DNA of 33,888 nt from Candidatus Cloacimonadota bacterium (GCA_029932755.1 JAOZPK010000004.1:1-33888); one strand, 5' to 3'. Shown: positions 9,856-20,280, counted from the stretch's first letter. Program-made: numbers and translations. Notes: generated from the letters alone by a model not told the origin.

Positions 9856-9871
9856 TGCAATTGCTGTACCA
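9856..9871 (-). promoter_or_regulatory. Sigma54 (-24/-12) promoter
   Basis: Minus strand reads TGGTAC-AGCAA-TTGCA against consensus TGGCAC-N5-TTGCW, with exact GG-N10-GC spacing, about 30 nt upstream of the small ORF. Confidence 0.7.
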
Positions 9872-9969
9872 AAAAAAGTAAAACTTTTAAACTTGAAAGA
9901 TAGCCCTTGATAACCTTTCACTTAAGAATTATGCTCTAAACCTTTTTGCCTATTTAGTGTTTTCTGTAG

Positions 9970-10003
9970 TGTCAAAATCGACCAATGTATGACATTGTTG
10001 ACA
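9970..10003. promoter_or_regulatory. Candidate tandem upstream activator sites (TGTCA-N4-TGACA-like)
   Basis: TGTCA-AAAT-CGACC (9970-9983) and TGACA-TTGT-TGACA (9990-10003) lie 20 bp apart, about 100-130 bp upstream of the -24 box. Confidence 0.45.
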
Positions 10004-10097
10004 TATATATTTAATAATATTGTCCTTCTACTAATAATACTTGACGAGAAAATTAAATAAAACAAATTTTCCAAAAAATTTATGTACGGAGATATAA

Positions 10098-12683
10098 ATG
10101 AACTTAAAACCTCAACCAGTTATAAACAAACGATATAATCTTATATTAGGATTGATTGTTTTTGCCATTACAATTATTATATATTATCTTACAATGGCTC
10201 GTTCTCTCTCGTTCTGGGATGCAGGAGAATATATTACATGCAGCAGTATTCTGGGTGTTCCCCATCCTCCGGGCAACCCATTTTATATTTTGCTGGGAAG
10301 ATTCTTCTCGATCTTTGGAGCTAATGTACCGCATGCTATTGTCATCAATTTCTTATCAGTTCTTTTCTCAGCTTTTGCCATAATGTTCACCTACTTTTTC
10401 ACAGTTAAATTCATTACAATGTGGATTAAACCAAAAGATGCTTATTTTGCGTATATAGGTGGTTTCCTGGCTGCTTTCTATACAGCTTTTTCATTCACAT
10501 ATTGGAATAATGCGATCGAGGCAGAAGTTTACTCAGGATTAGCTTTTACCTTGAATCTGATTGTATGGCTTACTATGATCTGGGTAGAAAAATCAGAAGA
10601 TCTTTCACATCAAAATCTTTTACTGTTAATTGTTTATATCTTCTTCCTTGGTTTTGGAATTCATCAAACTTCTCTTCAAATTGCTCCGGCAGTTTTATTC
10701 ATTGCTGTTTATCCGATGTTAAGAAATTCAATTAGGTCTTCAGCTTTTTGGAAACGAGTTAGTGCCTATACATTGGGTTTAATTGCTATTTATATTATCT
10801 TTTTGAATATTGGTAAATCAATTCATATACCAGATCTACCTAAATTCATGTTTGCAGTTGGTTTCTTAGGAATTCTTATATATCATTTAAGAGAAAAAAT
10901 CTCAAAAAAAACATGGTTATTTGCTTTAATACTCATCGGAATAGCAATTTCAACTCACTTTTTCTTATATATTAGAGCTTCTCATAGACCGTTTATTAAT
11001 GAAGGTTATCCACATAATTTAAAGCTATTTACAGATTACATCCTTAGAAGACAATACGGCGTAACCAGTATGTTTGTTCGGCGTGCTACATTCCTATACC
11101 AAATAAAAGATCAGTTCCTTACATATTTCAGCTGGCAGTTCTTTAAACCTGAGATCATTTCTCAATGGTTACACACACCAAGAGCATTTATTCAATTGTT
11201 ATCAAATCTGATTGTAACTTTACTTGGTTTTGGTGGAGCCTATTATCATTTTAAGAAGAACAAACACTCTTTTGCTTATTTCTTTTCATTCATGTTCATG
11301 GTTTCTATTGCAATGGTTTTTGTAATTAATCTTTCTAATGCCGAAGTGAGAGATCGTGACTATTTTTTTACAACAGCCTATAATTTTTGGACTGTATGGA
11401 TGGCAATCGGTTCAATTGCCTTGATCGATCTGGTCAGAAAAAAAGGAAAAATACTAACAGGATTACTTATTCTGATTGTTCTGGCTCTTCCCTGTATTAA
11501 TCTTGCTTCCCAGTATTTTATTCACGATCGTTCCCGAGAATATATTGCTCTAGATTATGGACAGAACATTCTTAATAGTGTAGAAGAAAATGCGATTATT
11601 TTCACTAACGGTGATAATGACACATTCCCTGTTTGGTATGCACAAGCTGTTTTTGATCCCGCAGCAAAAGAGTATATCCCTCCAACAAAAATTAATAACA
11701 AAGATATTTTTGGAAAGATGTATCAACAAACTTCCATCCCTACAGAAATAACTGAAGTTCTAATAGCAGATGCAATGGAATATAAAAATGAACAATGCAA
11801 TGGCATTAGAAAAGATGTGACAATTGCAAACTTGAGTTTGTTAAATACCCCATGGTACATCAAACAATTGAGAGATCATGAAGGAGTAGAATTCAACATT
11901 CCAGAAAATCATATTGATCTTTGTCAGGATGACCCAAGATCCGCACTTTATCCCAGGAGAATATATAAAGATACTCACTTGAAAATATCCGGTTCAGTAC
12001 CTGAAGATGAATTCATTGTTACCTTTAAAAAAGATGAAATCTTATATGTGAAAGATCTAGCAGTAATTCAGATCATTAAAGATAATTATGGTAAGCGTCC
12101 AATTTACTTTGCAGTAACAACTCCCGATCCCATAGGCTTTAATGACTATCTAAGGAATGAAGGGATGGTGAGTAGACTGGTTCCAATAAAAGGTAAAGAC
12201 CAGTTCGATATGGAAAGATTGATGACAAATATTGATTCAGTTTATTCCTACCGTGGAATTATGGACAATTCGATCTATAAAGATACAAATATGAAAAGGT
12301 TATTGAACAATTACGGCGCAGCTTTTATGCGTACTTCCAGATTTGCTCATTCAAAAAATGATTATGAAAATGCAATTAAATATATGGAAAAAGCAATAGA
12401 TTTTATTGATAATAAAAGCAGATTCTACAAAGGACTTGCTCAGCTTTATGCAGAAGCATCATTTAATTATTTTGATTCTGACGAAATTGATAAGGGATTC
12501 TCATATTTAGAAAAAGCCATTTATTATAATAGGACAGATAAAAATATGATTCAACTCATCTATCAATCTGCAGTATACACTAATGAAATCGCTAGAGGTA
12601 TCCAGTTGTTTGAAAAGATCCGCGGATATCAGGATTCTGTTGAGATAGATTTTTATATCACTCAATTAAAGGAGCTTCAATAA
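10098..12683 (+). CDS. DUF2723 / TMEM260-like (GT117) multi-pass membrane glycosyltransferase with C-terminal TPR-like region
   Basis: SFWDAGEY...LGVPHPPGNPFY, AIEAEVY, RDRDYFF and FTNGDNDTFPVWY motifs, plus many TM helices. Confidence 0.85.
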   Translation: MNLKPQPVINKRYNLILGLIVFAITIIIYYLTMARSLSFWDAGEYITCSSILGVPHPPGNPFYILLGRFFSIFGANVPHAIVINFLSVLFSAFAIMFTYFFTVKFITMWIKPKDAYFAYIGGFLAAFYTAFSFTYWNNAIEAEVYSGLAFTLNLIVWLTMIWVEKSEDLSHQNLLLLIVYIFFLGFGIHQTSLQIAPAVLFIAVYPMLRNSIRSSAFWKRVSAYTLGLIAIYIIFLNIGKSIHIPDLPKFMFAVGFLGILIYHLREKISKKTWLFALILIGIAISTHFFLYIRASHRPFINEGYPHNLKLFTDYILRRQYGVTSMFVRRATFLYQIKDQFLTYFSWQFFKPEIISQWLHTPRAFIQLLSNLIVTLLGFGGAYYHFKKNKHSFAYFFSFMFMVSIAMVFVINLSNAEVRDRDYFFTTAYNFWTVWMAIGSIALIDLVRKKGKILTGLLILIVLALPCINLASQYFIHDRSREYIALDYGQNILNSVEENAIIFTNGDNDTFPVWYAQAVFDPAAKEYIPPTKINNKDIFGKMYQQTSIPTEITEVLIADAMEYKNEQCNGIRKDVTIANLSLLNTPWYIKQLRDHEGVEFNIPENHIDLCQDDPRSALYPRRIYKDTHLKISGSVPEDEFIVTFKKDEILYVKDLAVIQIIKDNYGKRPIYFAVTTPDPIGFNDYLRNEGMVSRLVPIKGKDQFDMERLMTNIDSVYSYRGIMDNSIYKDTNMKRLLNNYGAAFMRTSRFAHSKNDYENAIKYMEKAIDFIDNKSRFYKGLAQLYAEASFNYFDSDEIDKGFSYLEKAIYYNRTDKNMIQLIYQSAVYTNEIARGIQLFEKIRGYQDSVEIDFYITQLKELQ

Positions 12684-12707
12684 TACGATGCACTGTATGA
12701 GAGATAA

Positions 12708-15530
12708 ATGAAAACAGAAATTTACATCAAAGGTGCACGGGAACATAATCTCAAGAACATTGATATAAAAATTCCAAGAAACAAACTGGTCATCGTTACC
12801 GGTGTTTCCGGTTCAGGCAAATCATCACTCGCTTTTGATACACTTTATGCTGAAGGACAGCGCCGATATGTAGAATCACTATCTGCTTATGCCCGTCAAT
12901 TCTTAGGACAAATGGAAAAACCTAAAGTAGATTATATCGAAGGATTGTCTCCTGCTATTTCCATTGAACAGAAAGCAACAAGCAAAAATCCTCGTTCAAC
13001 AGTTGGAACTGTAACAGAGATCTATGACTATTTAAGAATTCTCTATGCTCGTATTGGAAAGCAATACTGTTATAATTGTGGTAATCCTGTCGGATCTCAA
13101 ACTGTTGATCAATTGGTAGATCACATTTTAGTAAATCCTGATAAAACAAGATTACAAATTCTTGCACCAATTGTTCAAAACCGCAAAGGTGAACATAAAG
13201 AAGAACTGGAAGAAGCTCGGAATGAAGGTTTTGTTCGTGTTAAAATTAATGGAATCATGCGTCAGCTTAGTGAAAAGATCACACTCGATAAAAAAAGTAA
13301 ACATAATATCGATATTGTTGTTGATCGACTTGTTTTAAAAGATAATATTCGCTCAAGATTAATTGACTCGGTTGAAACTGCTTTAAAACTAACTAATGGT
13401 TTTATAAAGATAGAATATCTTGATGAAGATCGTATTGAAAATCTATCCGAAGCAAATTCCTGTCCGAGTTGCGGAATCGGTTATCCTGAACTTACTCCTC
13501 AGCATTTCTCGTTTAACAGCCCAATTGGAATGTGCAAATCCTGTAATGGACTCGGTACCAAAATGGAATTTGATCCCGATTTGATAATTCCAGATAAGTC
13601 ACTTTCAATAATGGAAGGAGCAGTAATTTATTGGGGAACATTAAATAAGAAAAAAAGCAGTTGGCAGTTAAAAAAACTCAGGGCGATTTCTAGAGAATAT
13701 GGATTTTCTTTAAATGAACCATGGGAAGGACTTTCTTTAACAGCAAAAGATCTCCTTTTATTCGGATCAAGAGGGCAGAAAATTAGATTTGAGTGGAGTT
13801 CTAAAAGCGGATCAGGTTCGTTTATGTCTGCGTTCGAAGGTATAATTCCCACACTTTCACGCAGGATGAATGAAACAAAATCTGAATATATGCGAAAATA
13901 CTATTTAAAGTATATTGGCAATAAAGAGTGCCCGGATTGTAAGGGTAAGAAACTTCGTAAAGAAAGTCTGGCAGTTAAAATTGCTGATTTATCAATCAAT
14001 GAAATAACTACAATGTCAATTAGTAATGCAATTAAGTTTTTTGAAAATCTTGAACTCACAGGAAACGATAAATTAATTGCGGAAGAAGTTCTTAAAGAGA
14101 TAAATAATCGTCTTAACTTCCTCGTGAATGTTGGATTGCATTACCTTACATTAGATAGAAAAGCTCCAACATTATCCGGTGGAGAATCGCAAAGAATAAG
14201 ACTAGCAAGCCAAATCGGGAGCAGTCTTGTTGGTGTTATGTATATATTGGATGAACCAACTATCGGATTACATCAGCGAGATAATACGCGATTAATTAAT
14301 ATGCTGCTCCATCTACGTGACATTGGAAATACTGTTATTGTTGTTGAGCATGACGAACAAATGATTAGAACAGCGGATCAAATAATTGATATTGGCCCTC
14401 AGGCCGGAATCTACGGTGGAAAGATAATTTTTCAAGGTAATATTGAACAATTACTAAGATCAAGAAAATCTATGACAGGAAGATATCTATCTGGGAAACT
14501 AAGTATTGAGATACCGAAAGAAAGATTGAAGCCGGATAAACGCATTCTGCAGATCAATGGTGCCTTTCAGAATAATCTAAAAAAGATCAATGTGAATATT
14601 CCAATTGGTTCTTTCACATGTGTTACCGGTGTTTCAGGATCGGGTAAAAGTTCATTGATCAATCAGATATTATATCCGGCTATGGCAAAAGAGCTAAATA
14701 AATCCAGCAGAAAACAAGGTAGTTTTGATAATATTAAGGGTTATGAATATTTTGATAAAGTTATAAACATAGATCAACAGCCAATTGGAAGAACTCCTCG
14801 TTCAAATCCTGCAACTTATACTAAATTATTCGATCCGATCAGGAATTTATTTTCCCAAACTCCTGCCGCAAAGTTACGAGGTTATAAACCGGGAAGATTT
14901 TCTTTTAACGTAAAAGGCGGAAGATGTGAATCCTGTAGTGGTGCTGGTATAAAACAGATCGAAATGCACTTCCTGCCAGATATTTATGTGAAATGTGAAA
15001 TCTGCAATGGAACACGTTATAATAGAGAAACTTTAGCAGTAAAATATAAAGGTTACAGCATTTCAGATGTACTTAAAATGGATGTTCAGGAAGCGATTAA
15101 GATATTTGAAAAAATTCCTAAAATATATAAGGTTCTTCAAACATTAAAAGAAGTTGGAATGGAATATATTAAACTTGGACAAGCATCCACAACACTATCC
15201 GGTGGAGAAGCTCAAAGAATCAAGCTTTCACGTGAACTGAGTAAAACAAGTACAGGCAAAACACTTTACATTTTGGATGAGCCGACAACCGGATTGCACT
15301 TCGATGATATAAAAAAATTATTGAAAGTACTTCACAGATTAGTTTCAATGGGAAATACTGTGATTGTAATCGAGCACAACCTGGATGTTATAAAATGTGC
15401 AGATCATATTATTGATCTGGGTCCTGAAGGTGGAGATGAAGGTGGAAAGGTTGTTGCAACCGGCACTCCAGAAGAGATTGCAAAGATCAAGAAATCTTTT
15501 ACTGGAAGATTTTTGAAAGAAATATTATAA
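12708..15530 (+). CDS. uvrA: Excinuclease ABC subunit A
   Basis: [10 protein letters not shown], two [10 protein letters not shown] Walker A motifs, two LSGGE(S/A)QRI signatures and zinc fingers. Confidence 0.99.
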   Translation: MKTEIYIKGAREHNLKNIDIKIPRNKLVIVTGVSGSGKSSLAFDTLYAEGQRRYVESLSAYARQFLGQMEKPKVDYIEGLSPAISIEQKATSKNPRSTVGTVTEIYDYLRILYARIGKQYCYNCGNPVGSQTVDQLVDHILVNPDKTRLQILAPIVQNRKGEHKEELEEARNEGFVRVKINGIMRQLSEKITLDKKSKHNIDIVVDRLVLKDNIRSRLIDSVETALKLTNGFIKIEYLDEDRIENLSEANSCPSCGIGYPELTPQHFSFNSPIGMCKSCNGLGTKMEFDPDLIIPDKSLSIMEGAVIYWGTLNKKKSSWQLKKLRAISREYGFSLNEPWEGLSLTAKDLLLFGSRGQKIRFEWSSKSGSGSFMSAFEGIIPTLSRRMNETKSEYMRKYYLKYIGNKECPDCKGKKLRKESLAVKIADLSINEITTMSISNAIKFFENLELTGNDKLIAEEVLKEINNRLNFLVNVGLHYLTLDRKAPTLSGGESQRIRLASQIGSSLVGVMYILDEPTIGLHQRDNTRLINMLLHLRDIGNTVIVVEHDEQMIRTADQIIDIGPQAGIYGGKIIFQGNIEQLLRSRKSMTGRYLSGKLSIEIPKERLKPDKRILQINGAFQNNLKKINVNIPIGSFTCVTGVSGSGKSSLINQILYPAMAKELNKSSRKQGSFDNIKGYEYFDKVINIDQQPIGRTPRSNPATYTKLFDPIRNLFSQTPAAKLRGYKPGRFSFNVKGGRCESCSGAGIKQIEMHFLPDIYVKCEICNGTRYNRETLAVKYKGYSISDVLKMDVQEAIKIFEKIPKIYKVLQTLKEVGMEYIKLGQASTTLSGGEAQRIKLSRELSKTSTGKTLYILDEPTTGLHFDDIKKLLKVLHRLVSMGNTVIVIEHNLDVIKCADHIIDLGPEGGDEGGKVVATGTPEEIAKIKKSFTGRFLKEIL

Positions 15531-15570
15531 GGGAATCTCTTTCAAGAAAGAGATATTATAGGAGTAAATT

Positions 15571-16368
15571 ATGAGTTTAAAATCCGAAATCCTTGAATTA
15601 TATAATAAAACCAAATTTACAGAAGATGATAAAAATTTATTCTTCAAATTCAGAAATGGACTCAATTCCGGAGAAATTCGTGCTGCTGATAAAATCGATG
15701 GAAAATGGATCACTAATGATTGGGTGAAGAAAGGAATTCTTGCCGGTTTCAAGATGGGAATTGTTGTTCAACAAGGTAATTTCATGGATAAAGATACTTA
15801 TCCCATTCAAGATATCACCAATAGGAAAAATGTCAGATTTGTTCCCGGTGGGTCTTCTATCCGAGAAGGTGCTTATATTGGAGAAAATGTAGTATTGATG
15901 CCGCCAATGTACATCAACGTTGGTGCTTATGTAGATGATGGGACAATGATAGATTCTCATGCTCTTGTCGGTGCGTGTGCTCAGGTTGGTAAAAATGTTC
16001 ACCTCAGTGCTGCTTCACAACTTGGTGGAGTATTAGAACCTATCAGTGCAAACCCCGTGATCATTGAAGATAATGTGTTTATTGGTGGGAATTGCGGGAT
16101 TTATGAAGGTGTGATTGTTGAGCAGAATGCGATTATTGCAGCAGGGGTCATAATAACAGCCGGAACTCCAATTTTCGATTCTTTGAATAATCAATTTCTT
16201 ACAAAAGATAAGAATGGTTCTCTGCATATTCCTCAAGGAGCAGTTGTAATTCCTGGTACGCGCCGGATGAAGAGCAATGACGAGTTTTCAATTTACTGTC
16301 CAATTATTATTAAATATAGAGATGAAAAGAGCGATAGATCGGTAACATTAGAAGATGCTCTAAGATGA
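15571..16368 (+). CDS. dapD: 2,3,4,5-tetrahydropyridine-2,6-dicarboxylate N-succinyltransferase
   Basis: WVKKGIL, RFVPGGSSIREGAYI, YINVGAYVDDGTMIDSHALVGACAQVGKNVHLS, GGVLEP and hexapeptide repeats. Confidence 0.93.
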   Translation: MSLKSEILELYNKTKFTEDDKNLFFKFRNGLNSGEIRAADKIDGKWITNDWVKKGILAGFKMGIVVQQGNFMDKDTYPIQDITNRKNVRFVPGGSSIREGAYIGENVVLMPPMYINVGAYVDDGTMIDSHALVGACAQVGKNVHLSAASQLGGVLEPISANPVIIEDNVFIGGNCGIYEGVIVEQNAIIAAGVIITAGTPIFDSLNNQFLTKDKNGSLHIPQGAVVIPGTRRMKSNDEFSIYCPIIIKYRDEKSDRSVTLEDALR

Positions 16369-17483
16369 AACCAATAAAATACGCAGATCGGATAACAGGT
16401 ATAGAAAAATCTGAATTGCGGCAATTATTTGATAAAGCTCCACCTGATTCAATTAATCTTGGTTTAGGAGAAATCCAATTCCCTACACCTAAAATAATTA
16501 CGGAACGCGCAATTGATATTATCAGGCAAAGAAACATTCGATATACTCCAAATGCAGGATTACCGGAATTACAGAAAGCAATAACAAATTACTATAATAT
16601 CAAATTAAATAAGAATGTTTGCGTTACAACAGGAGCGGAAGAAGCCATTTTTGTTTCACTTTTCAGCTTTATAAATTCAGGTGACGAAGTACTGATCGCG
16701 AATCCAACTTATATTGCATATAAAACAATTATTAAAATGCTTGGTGGAGTAGTAGTAGAATTTGATCTTGATTCAAAATCTAATTTCAAATTGGATCGAA
16801 ACGACTTCACAAATAGAATTACTTCTAAAACAAAAGTGTTACTTATAAATAATCCTTCGAATCCAACTGGAAAATGTTTCTCAGAAAATGAGATGGATTT
16901 TATGGTTTCTAAATGTAATGAAAATGATATATTAATTATTGTAGATGAGATTTATCGTGAATTATATACTGATAAAAAACCAATAACTTTCTTGGATAAA
17001 ACTGGAAAAATAATTGTGATATCAGGTCTCTCTAAATCTCATTGTATGAGCGGATGGCGAGTGGGATGGACCGTATCAAATGATCCTGATCTTATTAAAC
17101 CTATCATTATTTCACACCAATATATTTGTACCTGTGCTCCATATATATCTCAAGAAGTTGCAATCACAGCTTTATCCTCAGAAGGTATGAAAGTTCAAAA
17201 CAAAATACGTTTAGAACTTGAATCTAACAAAAAATTTGTGCTTAAACAATTTGAACAGCTTCTACCAAGTCTTCCCATACTAAATAATACATCTTCTCCA
17301 TATTTATTTATCAATATAAATATTGATGAGATAATGCTTGTAAATGAGCTGATAAAGAATGGATTAATAGTAATGCCAGGAAGAATATTTGGTTCAAATG
17401 GAAAACATTGGATCAGATTAAATTATGCTACTGATAAAAAAAAGCTTGCCAAAGGCATACATATTATAAAAAAAATATTATAA
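16365..17483 (+). CDS. PLP-dependent class I/II aminotransferase (candidate DapC)
   Basis: NNPSNPTG, DEIY and SKSHCMSGWRVG motifs; ATGA overlap with dapD. Confidence 0.9.
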   Translation: MKPIKYADRITGIEKSELRQLFDKAPPDSINLGLGEIQFPTPKIITERAIDIIRQRNIRYTPNAGLPELQKAITNYYNIKLNKNVCVTTGAEEAIFVSLFSFINSGDEVLIANPTYIAYKTIIKMLGGVVVEFDLDSKSNFKLDRNDFTNRITSKTKVLLINNPSNPTGKCFSENEMDFMVSKCNENDILIIVDEIYRELYTDKKPITFLDKTGKIIVISGLSKSHCMSGWRVGWTVSNDPDLIKPIIISHQYICTCAPYISQEVAITALSSEGMKVQNKIRLELESNKKFVLKQFEQLLPSLPILNNTSSPYLFININIDEIMLVNELIKNGLIVMPGRIFGSNGKHWIRLNYATDKKKLAKGIHIIKKIL

Positions 17484-17535
17484 GGTTATTTAATAAATTG
17501 TTTTATCGTTTGTTAAATAATAAGGAGGGGGCTAT

Positions 17536-19236
17536 ATGAGGTATATTTTCATTATACTATTGTTAATTGTCCTTATTACCTCCTCTCTTTGTGCAAAAAC
17601 TAAAATAGAAAACCTTGAAAGTAAATTAAGGGTGGTTGTTGCAGAAGAAAAAATCAAAGTTCTAAATTCACTTGCTAAAGAGTATCTATTTCTTTCTCCC
17701 GAGCAATCAATTATCTATGGTATACGGGCTGCAGAAGTTGCAATACAATTTCATGATGATATGAATGAACATGAGGCATATAACAATATAGCCAATTCAT
17801 TTGCACTACTAAAAGATTATGAAGAGACTATCCTCTATCTCGAGAAAGCTCTGAATAAAAGTGAAATAATTGGTGACGCTGAAGTGATCCTTAAAGATAT
17901 TTATAAAATTGCTGATGTATATAGTACTAGCAAAAACCATACAAAATCAATAGAATATTATAATAAGGCTTTAAAAATAAACGAGATAATGAATAATCGG
18001 GGTGAAGTTGCTCTTGCTTTGAATCGTATTGGATTAGAATATAAGAAAGCTGGTCAATACAAGAAAGCTTCTGAGTTTTTTATTAGAGCTTTACGATTTG
18101 AAGAAAAAAATGAACGCGTTCTTATTCGCGATGAATATAAGCAGATCTCCGAGTTTTACACATCCAGGGGTGAAGACGAGAAAGCTCTGGAGTATTACAA
18201 ACTTTTTACTACAATGAAAGATACAATTGCCAGTATAGAAAGTTCTTATAAAATCAGTGATATGCAAGCTCATTATGAAGATGAACAAAGACAGCGAAGA
18301 ATTGAACTTCTACAAAAAGAGAATGAAATTCGCGAGCTTGAATTACAACAATTAATTCTCAAGCAAGAAAAGGAATTCGATGAAAAACAAAGAAAACAAC
18401 AAATTGAATCTTTAAATAGGGAAAAAGAATTAAAAATCACACAATTAAAAGTTGCAGAATATGAAAAGAAGAGTATCCAGAAAAAAATTGACTCATATCA
18501 GAAAGATAAAGAGATTCGTGAACTTGAACTTGAAAAAAAAGCAATACAAATAAGATCACAAAATTTTACACAAAAGGTTTTGTTATCTGCAATCATAATT
18601 ATCTCGATATTTACAATATTTGGATTCTATCTCGCATTTACAAATAGCTCAATGAACAAAGCTTTGAACATAGCTAATGCAAAACTTAAGCAAATTGCTA
18701 AAACAGATCCCTTAACAGACCTTTCAAACCGTAGAGACATGATTGAAAAAATGGAGCATGAGCAGAAACGTTTTGGAAGAAATGGAAAATCATTTGTTCT
18801 TCTTATGTCTGATATAGATGACTTCAAAAAAATCAACGATGATAATGGTCATGACTGTGGAGACTTTATTCTTGAATCACTTGCAAAACAGATGAGAACT
18901 ACTGTTCGTAAGCAGGATTTTACAGGACGTTGGGGTGGTGAAGAATTTCTTATGCTGCTTCCAGAAACTGATATTGATGGCGGTTTTGCTTTGGCTGATA
19001 AGATCCGTAAAGATATTGAAGGGACTTCTTATGTTTTCAACAACATTAAATTAAAATTAACCATGACTTTTGGCGTAAGCGTTTATGATAGACCAATGGA
19101 CATTGATTATTGCATTAAGATGGCTGATGAGGCTTTATATATAGGGAAAAAGCAAGGCAAAAACTGTGTAATTAAAACAAAACCCAAAGACAAACCAATT
19201 ATTACCGGTATTGATAGATCAATTGAATCTGCTTAA
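17536..19236 (+). CDS. Membrane diguanylate cyclase with extracytoplasmic TPR and coiled-coil region
   Basis: Signal peptide, TPRs, charged coiled coil, one TM, DPLTDLSNRR, DIDDFK and RKQD...RWGGEEF. Confidence 0.92.
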   Translation: MRYIFIILLLIVLITSSLCAKTKIENLESKLRVVVAEEKIKVLNSLAKEYLFLSPEQSIIYGIRAAEVAIQFHDDMNEHEAYNNIANSFALLKDYEETILYLEKALNKSEIIGDAEVILKDIYKIADVYSTSKNHTKSIEYYNKALKINEIMNNRGEVALALNRIGLEYKKAGQYKKASEFFIRALRFEEKNERVLIRDEYKQISEFYTSRGEDEKALEYYKLFTTMKDTIASIESSYKISDMQAHYEDEQRQRRIELLQKENEIRELELQQLILKQEKEFDEKQRKQQIESLNREKELKITQLKVAEYEKKSIQKKIDSYQKDKEIRELELEKKAIQIRSQNFTQKVLLSAIIIISIFTIFGFYLAFTNSSMNKALNIANAKLKQIAKTDPLTDLSNRRDMIEKMEHEQKRFGRNGKSFVLLMSDIDDFKKINDDNGHDCGDFILESLAKQMRTTVRKQDFTGRWGGEEFLMLLPETDIDGGFALADKIRKDIEGTSYVFNNIKLKLTMTFGVSVYDRPMDIDYCIKMADEALYIGKKQGKNCVIKTKPKDKPIITGIDRSIESA

Positions 19237-19257
19237 TTGACATTGGAGAAATATACT

Positions 19258-20280
19258 ATGAGAAAATTTATTTTCGCTTTGTATATGTTTTGTTTTCTTC
19301 TTAATCTTTCTGCAATAGATAACGTTGGACAATTAAAGTCTTCTTTGTCAAAAATAGAGGGACTTGAAAAAGCTAAAATACTTTATAGACTTGCATCATA
19401 TACAGATTCTTTAGAAGCAACAGAGAAAATTGAATACTGCGCTCAAGCAAAAAGTATTGTTTCGGATTTAAATAATTATGAATTACTTTCTGATATTTTA
19501 GTATTAGAATCTAAGATTTATAAAGAATCTAATGATATTAAAAAATATTCTTCTTCAATAGAAGAATACATCGAATTTTATAAAAAAGTAACACGATTAG
19601 AAATAGAAAGCAAAAAAATGCAAGAATCAAAACAGGTGTTAATAAGAAATTCGTTCATAATAGGATTTCTTGTTATTCTTAACATTGCTTTTATTGTTTA
19701 TTACCGTTATCGTACTAAAACTATTGATCATATTAAACTTATTAAAGCTAATAAACAACTTGAAGAACTTTCACGAAAAGATCCCCTAACATCTATTTCA
19801 AATCGTCGTGATATTCTTGAAAAAATAAACTATGAAACATTACGGTTTGAAAGAAATAAGAAAGAATTCAGTCTTGTTATGGGTGATATTGACAACTTTA
19901 AATCTGTTAATGATAATCACGGTCATGAGTGTGGTGATTACATTCTAAAGGCACTTGTTAATACAATTATTTCAGGTTTACGAAAACAAGACATCGTAGG
20001 AAGATGGGGCGGTGAAGAATTCATTCTTTTATTACCTGAAACCAATTTAGCTGGTGGAGAAATCGCTGCAGAAAAGATAAGAAAAATAATTTATCAAAAC
20101 AAATTCATTTATAATAATAAAGTAATACCAATTAGTATTACTTTTGGTGTAAGTGAATATTCTAGCGGTAAAGACATCGATAGTTGTATTAAAGAGGCTG
20201 ATTCGGCGCTTTATAAAGGCAAAGGTAAGGGTAAGAACAGAGTTGAAATATTTAATCCTGAAGATATTTTGATCGGATAA
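19258..20280 (+). CDS. Membrane diguanylate cyclase (short paralogue)
   Basis: ATG 19258 follows GGAG and is preferred over TTG 19237. Signal peptide, TM, DPLTSISNRR, DIDNFK and RKQD...RWGGEEF. Confidence 0.92.
   Translation: MRKFIFALYMFCFLLNLSAIDNVGQLKSSLSKIEGLEKAKILYRLASYTDSLEATEKIEYCAQAKSIVSDLNNYELLSDILVLESKIYKESNDIKKYSSSIEEYIEFYKKVTRLEIESKKMQESKQVLIRNSFIIGFLVILNIAFIVYYRYRTKTIDHIKLIKANKQLEELSRKDPLTSISNRRDILEKINYETLRFERNKKEFSLVMGDIDNFKSVNDNHGHECGDYILKALVNTIISGLRKQDIVGRWGGEEFILLLPETNLAGGEIAAEKIRKIIYQNKFIYNNKVIPISITFGVSEYSSGKDIDSCIKEADSALYKGKGKGKNRVEIFNPEDILIG

Noticed and set aside
9899-9912. Possible IHF site between the enhancer-like sites and the sigma54 promoter
   Set aside because: TATCAA is present on the minus strand, but the TTR part of WATCAANNNNTTR does not match. 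Too weak in AT-rich DNA.
12684-12707. LexA/SOS box upstream of uvrA
   Set aside because: Only a CTGTAT half-site is present, with no matching CAG arm.
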